Part shown: positions 11,092 through 21,253 of the stretch, in pieces | Position numbering within the stretch: position 1 is the stretch's first letter | How the letters are laid out: each line of letters starts with the position of its first letter | NCBI GenBank assembly: GCA_043228905.1 | Contig: JBHGNT010000020.1 | Span: forward strand, 10,044,001 to 10,108,000 | DNA from: Azolla caroliniana | Taxonomy: Eukaryota; Plantae; Polypodiophyta | DNA: 64,000 nt | Direction of reading: 5' to 3' | The notes under the pieces: model-generated | What the model saw: only the letters and a program-made list of their open reading frames with translations | What the model was told of the DNA's origin: nothing | The model's database searches: none | Program-made: the position numbers and the translations under genes

Positions 11092-14000
11092 ATGCCTCTT
11101 GCAGCTTCACAGGAAACCCGCTCCTGGCTTCAGGAACGAGGATTAGGTGGTTATTTAAAGGTGATCGATGCCCCTGCACACCCTGATGCCCAAACGATCA
11201 CACGCCGAATCCACCCAGACACAGTCACCAACAATATGATTCGTACTACCTTGGACCTGAAGCGAGGAGGTGATCATGAGGTCGAGATTCCCCCTTCCAC
11301 GACCCTGAAGGAATACTTTGGTGTGTATTCCATATCTGGTAAAGCCTACGGCACCTACGGTGGATTCAACAAGGCATTCGGAGAACTCGCTCGCATCCTG
11401 ATGGAGTGCATACCAACCCTACAAGTATGCCATAGAGCAAAGCGGCGATCATTATCAGTGCCTACGAGGGAAACAAAATCGACTGGGGAATCATCACAGG
11501 CGAAGGAATCCGGTAAACGTTTGTTGCCTGTGATCAATCACTTCCTTACAGTCCTCTACCCACCTCCTTTCAGTTTCCCCTCGTCGCATCCTGACCCCTC
11601 CACCACCACCAAGGAAACAACGGGAGAAGATTTTGGAGATAACTCAGGAAGAATGGGAAGACTCCTCGTCTTCTCCGCCTCCCTCAGGCCTTGGAACCCT
11701 GCTTCCGCCTCGGCCCCACCCCCACCAAAAACACAAAGACAACGGGCGGTAACAGCAACCCGTGTCGAATGGGATGAGGCCGAGGAGGCCATCCCCGAGG
11801 ATGTCACCATACGCTAGAGGCCACCAAGGACATCAATGACCTCTCCACAACCGAGCCCACGGCCCACAAGCTAGCAGCCCTCGGCCATCCGGCAGCAAAA
11901 GAGGAAACAGGCCAAGGAGCCAACACCACCGGCCCCAGACGCACAGGATCAGCCGCCAAAATGACGTTGCATCATTTGAGAGGCAACCACAAAAACCGAA
12001 GGCGACCAACATCAGAAATCAAAAGAGGCCAGCCCCACCTCCACGGACATAGTACCAACGGAGTCATGGCTCCAAGTCGGTACGATCGAGCATGGACAAA
12101 CCACACAGATATCAGAGGAGGAAGTCCTCGGTTACAAAGATCTCCCCGCAGAGGCATACGAGTTTAGTGCACTAGTTCGACTGGGCACAACTTACGAGTT
12201 AATGCATTTCCTCACGCACGCCCAAGTAGCTACCGCCGCTTGTATGGCCGAGGAGCACTCCGAAACAAAGATGATTCAATGCGATCTAATGGGTGAAATC
12301 GAACCTCATGAAGATCGAGCCTTACAGAAGATAGGACGGAAGAAGCAAGTACAAAATGCTTCGCTCCTCATGGAACTACCGGATCTGAACATGGCCTTAG
12401 TCGAGGCATATCGCAATCTACACCACACTACTCAGGCAGCCAAGGACATGGCCCGATGTATCAAAACGACGCATCAGCAAGCCAAATGGGCTACCGACCT
12501 ATGGCAAGCCGCAGAGGAGAAACTGACGACATTCACACAACAACAACTGCCCTTAATCCTCCCTACGCCGAGTGACGTTGTCTCACCAGCCGCTCTTCCG
12601 AACCCGAGCTCGAGTGTTGACGGTACCGTCGCACACAAAGACAACATCGTCCACCCCAAGATAGCCACAGCCGAGGCTAACACAATGACGAACTCGGTAC
12701 AGACAAGTGAGCCAATGTCACGGGCAGATATCAGCCCGCACCCCCAAACCAGCCAAGCCTCCACGCAAACACCACCACCTCCGGTCGTCATGGAACGAGT
12801 GACACAAACAGATAGGGAGTCCTCGGCCCAAATCCAGCAAGCGGCAACCCAAACAGGGCCTCCCCTTAGGGACTACCAAGAGGAGCTTCAAGCCCAGATC
12901 ACTCTGGCCGAGTTGGCAGAATAGAACCACGACAACATTCTTGGCCAGCTACAGGAACAAGCCGTGAGCCGCAAAGCGAACCTCAAGCGACTGCTTGCTG
13001 AAAGGTCGGTCGCGCTTGAAGCACGAGAACGGGAGGTGATGACCCTCCAGGTCTCTATCACTGAGGCTAAAGAACGTTTCATCAAAGAAACCGAATGGAA
13101 TAGCCAACGGGAACAGGAGCTCTTCACAGACAACCAGGAATTACGACGTCATCAAAGAGCCTTCCAGGACATGGCCAACGAACATATGCAAAAGTGAAGG
13201 ATCTCGGAGGAGCAACGAACAAAATTTTCCGATGCATATCACCAGTTGCAAACCGAGCACATTGCCATCAAAGAACAACACCGGGACGCTTGGCAACAGG
13301 AAAGGGACAAAACTGTAGCTCACCTCACCCAGCGTTATGAGCAGACCATCGCGCTCATCACTGGAAAAGCAAAAGATAATCAAGCTACTTTAGCACTCTT
13401 CGCCCACAAAAGCCAAGCCGAAGCCAAGGCCGCAAGGGAGGCACTGGAAGTTCACCGCGCGAGCATCGGCATGGACGATACCAAAATCAAGACCCTAATC
13501 AACAAGTATCGCCAACAATTCACCACGAAGATCAAAGAAACGCTTGACCATGTCTGGCAGGGGTGGTCAGCCCAAGCTGTAGACCTACACATACTACGCG
13601 CGGATGCCGAGAACCGATGGAAGGAGGCCCAAGGGTTTTACAAGATGGATGACACCAGCATCCAGACCCTCCGTGAAGACTTAATGGAAGAATATCATAC
13701 CTTGGCAACATCCCACATCGCGGCCATCGAGCAACTCTTGGAGGAATTCAACGACGTTCTAATGGTGTTTCGTTTAGAAGCCGAAGCATACGAGGAGGAA
13801 CGACTCGCTACCGGGAGTCACAGAGCTCCCACAAACACCGAGCAAGGAACCGAGTCACTCCCCACGGCAGCTCGATCGAAAGAACCTGCCCTTACCAACC
13901 TCCACATCCCAACCGAGCCACTCACCACGGCAGTTAGACCGGAAGAACCTGCCCCTACAGATGTCCACATCCCACCGGAGCCACATACTATAACCCCAAC

Positions 14001-14154
14001 CCTGACTGAATCGGTCCCAACAAAGGAGGGCACACACGACGACACCGTCATCCCCGACTCGGCAACACAACCTCCATCACCAACCCCACCTGTTGAGCAG
14101 CCAACCCAACTCCACGCCCCCGAGGATATCCTCGGCATATTGGAAGAGGAATAA
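11092..14154 (+). pseudogene. Large degenerate extra ORF downstream of pol in the old gypsy element (Pro/Thr-rich linkers, long coiled coil)
   Basis: Track ORFs at 12202, 12964 and 13246 share one frame, broken only by TAG (12922) and TGA (13195). The N-terminal part from MPLAASQETRSWLQERGLGG has probable frameshifts. E/Q/K/A heptad-like composition at 12870-13800. Confidence 0.65.
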
Positions 14155-14251
14155 AACCAACCTATAAGCCCTCGTAGGAACGGGCAATTTTTGTAATTTG
14201 TGTTGTTTTGCCAAATCCATGGTGAACCGTGGGTCCGATGAACAAAGTCCT

Positions 14252-14268
14252 GTCCCACGGGCGTGCCA
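14252..14268 (-). promoter_or_regulatory. PBS-like sequence (tRNA-Arg type) on the minus strand, at the position where the PPT is expected
   Basis: Plus strand reads GTCCCACGGGCGTGCCA-GG-TGTTG; minus strand reads ...CAACA-CC-TGGCACGCCCGTGGGAC. This matches the tRNA-Arg(UCU)-type PBS TGGCACGCCC(A/G)GTGGGAC with one gap. Confidence 0.65.
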
Positions 14269-14270
14269 GG

Positions 14271-14750
14271 TGTTGTCCATAGGACAAAAATATAAATTAA
14301 TTAAATGTAATACGTCGGTGGGTAAGGCGAGTAGGTAAGGTAGAGTTAGGTAAACGCTGAGTTTCGAGCCTCACAGTCAACCGACCGCTCGGCTCTGTAT
14401 GAAGAAAAAGAAAAAGTATATAAACGGAGGTTTGCGTACCTTGGCAGGAGAGAGATATCCAGAGCCTAGGCGAGGTCTTTTCATAGTTATAAGAGCTTTG
14501 TAAGGTCACCGGTTGTGGGTCGTGCTTTTGTAATCATAGCTAATTGTTTGCAGTGATACATATCTATTAGCTCTTGTTGTTTTCATATGTGTGCCGTTGT
14601 TTCTAAGGTCTCAACTACGTATACGACCCGGGCTCTATTCCGGGTATGCTCTCCATTTTCTTCCCCTAACGACACCTCTGTGCGCAAGTCTTCACGTTAC
14701 ACTTCCCTTGATACCGATAGCTTGTAGGCATATCGAAGGTGTTTCCAACA
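14271..14750 (+). repeat. Putative 3' LTR of the old gypsy element (480 bp)
   Basis: TGTTG...CAACA termini; TATA-like GTATATAAAC at ~14416 on +; follows the extra ORF. The partner LTR is outside the window, so it cannot be confirmed. Confidence 0.65.
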
Positions 14751-15098
14751 GAACGGTTAACACCCCACACCCTCTATTATGGGCATGACCATAAATTATC
14801 ACGTGGTAAGATTGTACCATAGTATTCTATACACATGGATAAAGTGTGAGGGTTAAATGAGAGTATAAAGAAAGGATGATTTCTTTTAATCCTAGAAATT
14901 GGGACAACCCATAAGGGCCAAGCGTGAACTTGCATGGGGTCCTTAGGTCTGGCTATAAATACGAGGGCTAGATACCCTCATTAACACATCATTCAACTAC
15001 ATTGAGACTTGCTTAAGTGGTGATCAAACTCTTGTAAGCGAGTGCGTCAGTACCAGGTACAACTCGATGCCATTGACGGTGGTATAAGACGTCGATTG

Positions 15099-15538
15099 TG
15101 TCATGATATGGCAAGACTCGAACCCATGACCTTAGGTTATATGGGTCGAGCTCTTGACCATTAGACCATCTATTGTAATACGTAGGATATTATTTTCATT
15201 TACATTTTATTATAGGAAATTAGTGTATATTCCAGATTTCTCTGGAACATTCTAGAAGCTTCAGGATTACTCCTGAAAACACTATAAAAGAGGGCACTAG
15301 GCATTATGTTGAACCAAATTGGTTCAACGCCAGTCTTAAGCCTTTTAGCCACCATTGTATATTCTCTTCATATAATACATATCTTTCTTATCATCACACA
15401 CACACTCTCTCTCTCGATCTCTCTCTTTCTCTCTGTCTCGCTCACTTCTTCCTTCTCTCGAAGAAGTTCCACACCTCTCATAGTACTAATCCTTCGTTTA
15501 GTACTAATTCCTTCTCTGTCTCAGTACTGTTCATGACA
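15099..15538 (+). repeat. 5' LTR of the chromovirus (440 bp)
   Basis: Repeat of 20342-20716 plus 21187-21253; TATAAAA at 15283-15289. Confidence 0.96.
15115..15168 (-). promoter_or_regulatory. tRNA-derived Pol III-type A box/B box module, antisense, at the LTR start (repeated in the 3' LTR at ~20358-20411)
   Basis: Minus strand reads TGGTCTAATGG - 33 nt - GGTTCGAGTC. Confidence 0.6.
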
Positions 15539-15540
15539 GT

Positions 15541-15552
15541 TTGAACCAATTT
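15541..15552 (+). promoter_or_regulatory. Self-priming PBS
   Basis: TTGAACCAATTT lies 2 nt after the LTR and is exactly complementary to AAATTGGTTCAA at 15316-15327, ~30 nt downstream of the TATA box. No TGG tRNA-type PBS is present. Confidence 0.85.
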
Positions 15553-15612
15553 TCCCTACCTTCTGTCTCTCTCATTTCCTACTAATCTTTTATTCATCTT
15601 TTCTTTCATCCC

Positions 15613-16764
15613 ATGGCCACTGTTAGCGCTGAAGAATATCAATCTGTTTTCTCGGAATTTCAATGCTTGAAGGAGAAGTTCCATGCTTTGGAACAAGAAA
15701 ACCAACGGTTGCTGGGGGATCTTCAGCAAATCTCCTTAGAAAAGCAGCAAACGCAACAACAGCATGGGGAACTTGCGTTACGCGTGCAACAACTCGAAGC
15801 CACCATCGTAGCGATGCAACAACAAGGGCCCGGAACACAAGGGATTCATAAAGAACCTAAGATTGGCCTTCCCACGAAGTTCGATGGAACGTGATTGCAG
15901 TTTAGAGGGTTCCTTAACCAGGTACGATTAGTTATTCAAATGCATCCTTCCCAATATCCCACCGATGCATCACGAGTGGGTTTAGTAGGCACTTTGTTAA
16001 GTGGCTCAGCGTTGTCATGGTTCGCTCCACTATTAGAAAAGGAATCTCCGTTACTCAACAATTTTGAAGAGTTTCTAGGTGAGTTTAAAGCATGTTTCGG
16101 AGATACTGACAGCATCAGGACCGCAATCAACAAAATCCGGCGATTACGCCAAGGTGACCGTCCAGCCTCCGCATACGCTGCAGATTTTCGCCTACTCGCC
16201 GCCGATATCCCTTGGGATGATCAAGCGTTGATGGAGCAATTTCGTTATGGTTTACGCAACGACGTCAAGGATTTACTCTTGACCTTCCCCGAAGAGCCAA
16301 AGTCCTTAACAGAAGCAATCAGTCGCGCGGTGAGATGTGACAACCGCCTCTTTGAGCGACGTTCGGAACGACAGCTACAGATGTCGAGGGCAAGATCAGA
16401 GCCCACCTACGCCTCTGTGGTAGCAAGACCTTTTCCGAGGGAGTCATATAATGCGCCTCCAGCGAATACTCCGACTCCGATGGAGATTGACACTACATGT
16501 CGTCGAGGGCCATTATCCAAAGAAGAAAAGCAGCGACGCCGTACAAATCGACTATGTCTTTACTACAGTGGACCAAGACATATCGCAATAAATTGCCCCC
16601 ATAGGCCAAGAAGACAAGTAAACCAAATAGTCGCTAGTTCTAATTGTACTAAATCCGAGCCTATTTCAGTAGGGATATCTGATAGTCCTAATAGTACTAA
16701 TATCCCAGATCTAGCAAACAAATTTGATGTCCTTAGTCAGTTAGAAGAAGAGTTAAACGACTAA
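15613..16764 (+). pseudogene. Chromovirus gag with one premature stop
   Basis: Coiled-coil N-terminus; KFDGT-TGA (15892-15894, probably CGA>TGA); retrotransposon gag core (LRQG, PMEID); degenerate knuckle CLYYSGPRHIAINC. Confidence 0.9.
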
Positions 16765-16803
16765 GTCCAGCCAAAATAGGAGTTGTTTGGTTGGACAGCC
16801 CTA
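16752..16803 (+). promoter_or_regulatory. Putative -1 frameshift signal (G UUA AAC plus 11-bp stem)
   Basis: Heptamer 16752-16758; 6-nt spacer; GTCCAGCCAAA 16765-16775 pairs with TTTGGTTGGAC 16786-16796. The -1 frame is the pol frame. Confidence 0.75.
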
Positions 16804-19800
16804 GATCTGTGCAGCCCATTAGTGGTTCCATTCCCTCTAAGCAAGTTAGTGATGTGTTCGTAGCCCAAGTAATAGTTAGTACTAAAAGTACCCCTCCAGT
16901 ACATGTCCTAGCACTCCTAGATTCCGGAGCTAACTCTTGCTTTATGGATAAGAAATTTGCTCAAGCTCATAAGATATCCCTAAGAAAACTCCAATGTCCA
17001 GCCTCTATAGTAGTCATTGATGGACGTCCCATTGCTTCCGGAAATATCATAGAAGAGTCGGAGCCCATTAATATTGTCCTAGATAACTTAGCATGTGTAG
17101 TATCATTTAATATTATTAGTATCCCAGAACATCCTATAGTTTTAGGACTACCGTGGTTCAAGTTACATAACCCAGACATAGATTGGAGAACAAGAGAAAT
17201 CCGGTGTCGACAAACCCAAGGGTCAAATCAGAAGATGGCAACCATTTCGCTACGTCAGTTGCGTAAAGAAGGGCACAAGGAGGAAATGTTCCTCTTTGCA
17301 ATATCAGTAAACCCCTCCAACACTACTAAAGAAGAATCCACCGTTCAACTTCCCGAGAAGTATTGTCATTACGCCGATGTGTTCGATAAAGTACAAGCCA
17401 ACACACTTCCTCATCATCGACCGTACGATTGCCCCATCGATTTACAACCTGGAAAAGAGCTGCCATGGGGACCGATCTACAATTTGTCACCAACCGAGCT
17501 GGAAGTCCTTCGGGCCTATATAGAGGAGAATTTGGAAAATGGTTTCATTCGGCATTCGAAATCTCCAGCCGGCGCGCCCATTTTCTTCGTCAAGAAAAAA
17601 GATGGATCGCTTCGTCTCGTTGTAGATTACCGTGGCTTGAATAAGGTTACAATCAAGAATAGGTATGCTCTTCCCCTTATCTCAAGTCTTTTAGAATGGA
17701 TCAATGGTGCCAGGTTCTTCACGAAGATCGACTTACGGGGAGCATATAACCTCGTACGGATCCGACCAGGAGACGAATGGAAGACCGCGTTTCGCACCAG
17801 ATATGGGCACTTCGAATATACTGTCATGCCGTTCGGCCTCACTAATGCGCCGACAGTCTTCCAGCACATGGCTAATGATATATTCCGAGATCTATTGGAT
17901 GATTGTTTGATCATCTATTTGGATGATCTACTGGTTTATTCACAGACCCAAGAAGAACATGATTCTCATGTACTATTAGTACTAAAACGACTTCGAGAAC
18001 ATGGTCTGTATGCAAAGCTGGAAAAATGTAGTTTCGGGTGCAACCAAGTGGAATTTCTCGGCTACATCATTTCGTCAGAAGGCATCTCCATGGACCCAGC
18101 TAAGGTCAAAACGGTGGTAGAATGGCAGACTCCGCGTTCGGTGCGGGATGTGCAATGCTTCTTAGGCTTTGCCAATTTTTACCGGAAGTTCATACAAGAT
18201 TACTCAAAGATCGTTCTACCTCTCACACAACTTACCAGGAAGGGACAACCGTTCATCTGGTCTGAAGAAACGGACATGGCTTTCGAGAGTCTTAAAAAGG
18301 CATTTACATTGGCTCCAATTCTAGCTCATGTCGATCCAGAAAAACCATTCATTATCGAAGCTGACGCATCGGATGTTGCATTGGGGAGCATTCTGTCACA
18401 ACAGGGGAATGATGAGAAGCTACATCCTATGGCTTTTCACTCACGCAAGTTTGATGCCGCCGAAATCAACTACGAAATTCATGATAAGGAGCTATTGGCA
18501 ATAGTGGACTCTTTTATGCAATGGAGGCACTTTCTGGAGGGATCCTCTCATCCAGTCACCGTATTTAGTGACCACAAGAATCTTGCCTACTTTCAGGATG
18601 CTCGTGTGTTGAATCGACGTCAAGCTCGGTGGGCCCACTTCCTCACGCGTTTCGACTTCAAAATTACATATCGTCCGGGGAGGCACCAAGGGAAGGCAGA
18701 TGCATTATCACGGCGTTCGTATCTAGCACCCCGTCCCGGCGAGCCAGCTTTCGATAACCAAAAACAAGTCATCTTGGGACCGGCACAACTACAAGCAACA
18801 CAGATCTTTGACATGCCTATGGATTCCCGCGTTATCGATACCATACGTGAAGACTTGAAGACAGATGTGTTCGCTCAAGCTATACTATCACAAATTGATC
18901 CCTCTCGAGCGTCGTGTTCACAGTCGCAACCACCAGGTACGGACTATCGGCAATTCAAATACCATGATGGATTACTCTTCTTTAAAGAACTTTTGTATGT
19001 TCCTAATGGTTCTTGCCGCCTTCGAGTAGTACAAAACTGTCATGACACATATACAGCTGGGCATTTTGGTAGTACTAAAACATTACATTTAGTACAACGA
19101 TCATTCTGGTGGCCCTGTATGCAACAATTTGTCGAGGATTTTGTTCGGACTTTGTGATACATGTTGCAGAGCGAAAATGCCAAGGCAGCATCCATATGGT
19201 TTATTAGAACCATTACCAATTCCAAGCAAGCCATGGCAATCCATTGCTCTAGACTTCATCACAGATCTTCCAGTCTCTAAGGGGTTCAATGCGATTCTAA
19301 CAGTGGTCGATCGATATACGAAGATGGCTCATTTCTTGCCATGTACTAAGGAGATCTCCAGTGAAGACACTGCCAAAATTGTCATGCGTGAAGTATGTCG
19401 GCATCATGGACTTCCCGATAGTATCATCAGCGACCGTGGACCCCAGTTCGTGTCAAAATTCTGGAAGCACCTTTTTAACATGCTCAAGGTCACTTGTAAC
19501 CTCTCCTCCGGCTACCACCCACAAACCGACGGCCAAGCTGAACGAACAAATCAAACGTTGGAGCAATATCTGCGGTGCTTTCTCAGCTATCATCAGGACG
19601 ACTGGGCAGATATTCTCCACTTCGCCGAATTTGCCTATAACAACTCTATCCACGCATCCACTAAAGTTACGCCATTTTATGCTTATACGGGATGTCACCC
19701 CCGGTGGAGTGTACTTGAAACCCCAGAGGTGTCCAAAAATCCGTGTGCGGAGGATCGTTTGGAGCGGTTACGCAAGATACAAGCGGATTTATCTACTCAT

Positions 19801-20349
19801 CTCCAGCAAGCTCAACAAACACACAAGGTCTACGCGGATCGTCATCGACTTCCATCCAGTTTTAATATTGGAGATCGGGTGTGGCTGCTACGACGACACA
19901 TCAAGACTACTCGCCCATGTGAGAAATTGGATTATCGGCGATTAGGTCCTTTCCGTATTATTGGAAAGATTAATGATGTCGCTTTTCGTCTCGATCTACC
20001 TCCTCAACTTCGGATACATCCGGTGTTTCATAGTTCTCTCCTCGAACCCTACCACGAGAGCACCATCCTAGGACGTCTTATCCAACCTCCACCCCCGATC
20101 GAGCTTGAAGATGGGCCGGAGTACGAGGTTGCCGCCATCCTTGATTCCAAGATTGTTCACAACAAGCTCTACTATCTAGTCGATTGGCTAGGCTATAGCC
20201 CCAGCGAACGTACTTGGGAACCGATCGAGAATGTAACCAATGCCCGTGCTCTTCTTGAAGACTTCCATCGTCAATATCCACACAAACCGGGTCCTCAATC
20301 CAAGACGACTCGTGACACTCGTCGTTTTAAAGGGGGGATAGTGTCATGA
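16752..20349 (+). pseudogene. Chromovirus pol (PR-RT-RH-INT-chromodomain) with a frameshift lesion at ~19152
   Basis: LLDSGA; YLDDLL; EADASD; SDRGPQF; GQAER; chromodomain YEVAAILDS...YLVDWLGYSPSERTWEP. An extra T in ACTTTGTGAT splits the integrase Zn finger between ORFs 16791-19157 and 19129-20349. Confidence 0.93.
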
Positions 20350-21253
20350 TATGGCAAGACTCGAACCCATGACCTTAGGTTATATGGGTCGAGCTCTTGA
20401 CCATTAGACCATCTATTGTAATACGTAGGATATTATTTTCATTTACATTTTATTATAGGAAATTAGTGTATATTCCAGATTTCTCTGGAACATTCTAGAA
20501 GCTTCAGGATTACTCCTGAAAACACTATAAAAGAGGGCACTAGGCATTATGTTGAACCAAATTGGTTCAACGCCAGTCTTAAGCCTTTTAGCCACCATTG
20601 TATATTCTCTTCATATAATACATATCTTTCTTATCATCACACACACACACTCTCACTCTCTCTCTCTCTCTTTCTCTCTGTCTCGCTCACTTCTTCCTTC
20701 TCTCGAAGAAGTTCCATGTTACGGGCATGACCATATAATATCCCGTGGTGAGAATTGTCGTAGTATTCTATACACGTGGATAAGTGTGAGGGTTAAACAA
20801 AGAGTCTAAAGAAGGGGAGGATTACTTTTAATCCTCGGGATTGAGACAACCCATGAGGCCAAGTGTGAACATGGCTGGGGACCTTGAGAATTACTATAAA
20901 TAAGAGGCCTAGCTACCCTCATTTGGGCATGCATTGACTACGTCGAGACTCTGTCCGTGAGTGGAACGACTCTTGTAGCAAGCGCGCTATCGTCCAGGTA
21001 CGACTCGACGCCAAGGCGGTGGTATGGGACGCCGATCGAGGCTCGAGTCCGTCTCGATCCCTTCGCTCGGGGGTGGTCGGGTGGATCGGCACCCTTCTTT
21101 CTCTCTTTTCTCTCTATTCTTTCTAGATCTATCATTGATATATCCTTATTTTATGCTTACTTTAGTACCTAATCTCTAATATTCCACACCTCTCATAGTA
21201 CTAATCCTTCGTTTAGTACTAATTCCTTCTCTGTCTCAGTACTGTTCATGACA
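20342..21253 (+). repeat. 3' LTR of the chromovirus, interrupted by a solo LTR
   Basis: Matches the 5' LTR on both sides of the 20717-21181 insert. Confidence 0.95.
20717..21181 (+). mobile_element. Solo LTR of family A (465 bp)
   Basis: TSD TTCCA (20712-20716, 21182-21186); the empty site is visible in the 5' LTR. Starts TGTTACGGGCATGACC, ends TCTAATA; TATA CTATAAATA. Confidence 0.92.

Larger units (their letters stand above)
1..14750 (+). mobile_element. Old non-chromovirus Ty3/gypsy LTR retrotransposon (Athila/Tat-like); 5' part lies outside the window; interrupted by a nested element at 3188-10545
   Basis: Domain order Zn knuckle-PR-RT-RH-INT on +. The 4-bp TSD GCGT (3184-3187, 10546-10549) shows both flanks were contiguous. 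An extra ORF follows pol, then a TGTTG...CAACA LTR-like unit at 14271-14750. Confidence 0.8.
15099..21253 (+). mobile_element. Ty3/gypsy chromovirus (Tcn1-like, self-priming), full length but coding-defective
   Basis: LTRs TGTCATGA...TCATGACA; TSD GATTG (15094-15098, 21254-21258); gag, PR, RT (YLDD), RH, INT and chromodomain; PPT AAAGGGGGGATAG at 20329-20341. Confidence 0.96.

Noticed and set aside
15099-15172. Functional tRNA gene
   Set aside because: A and B boxes are present but there is no proper acceptor or anticodon stem. Reported as a tRNA-derived module instead.
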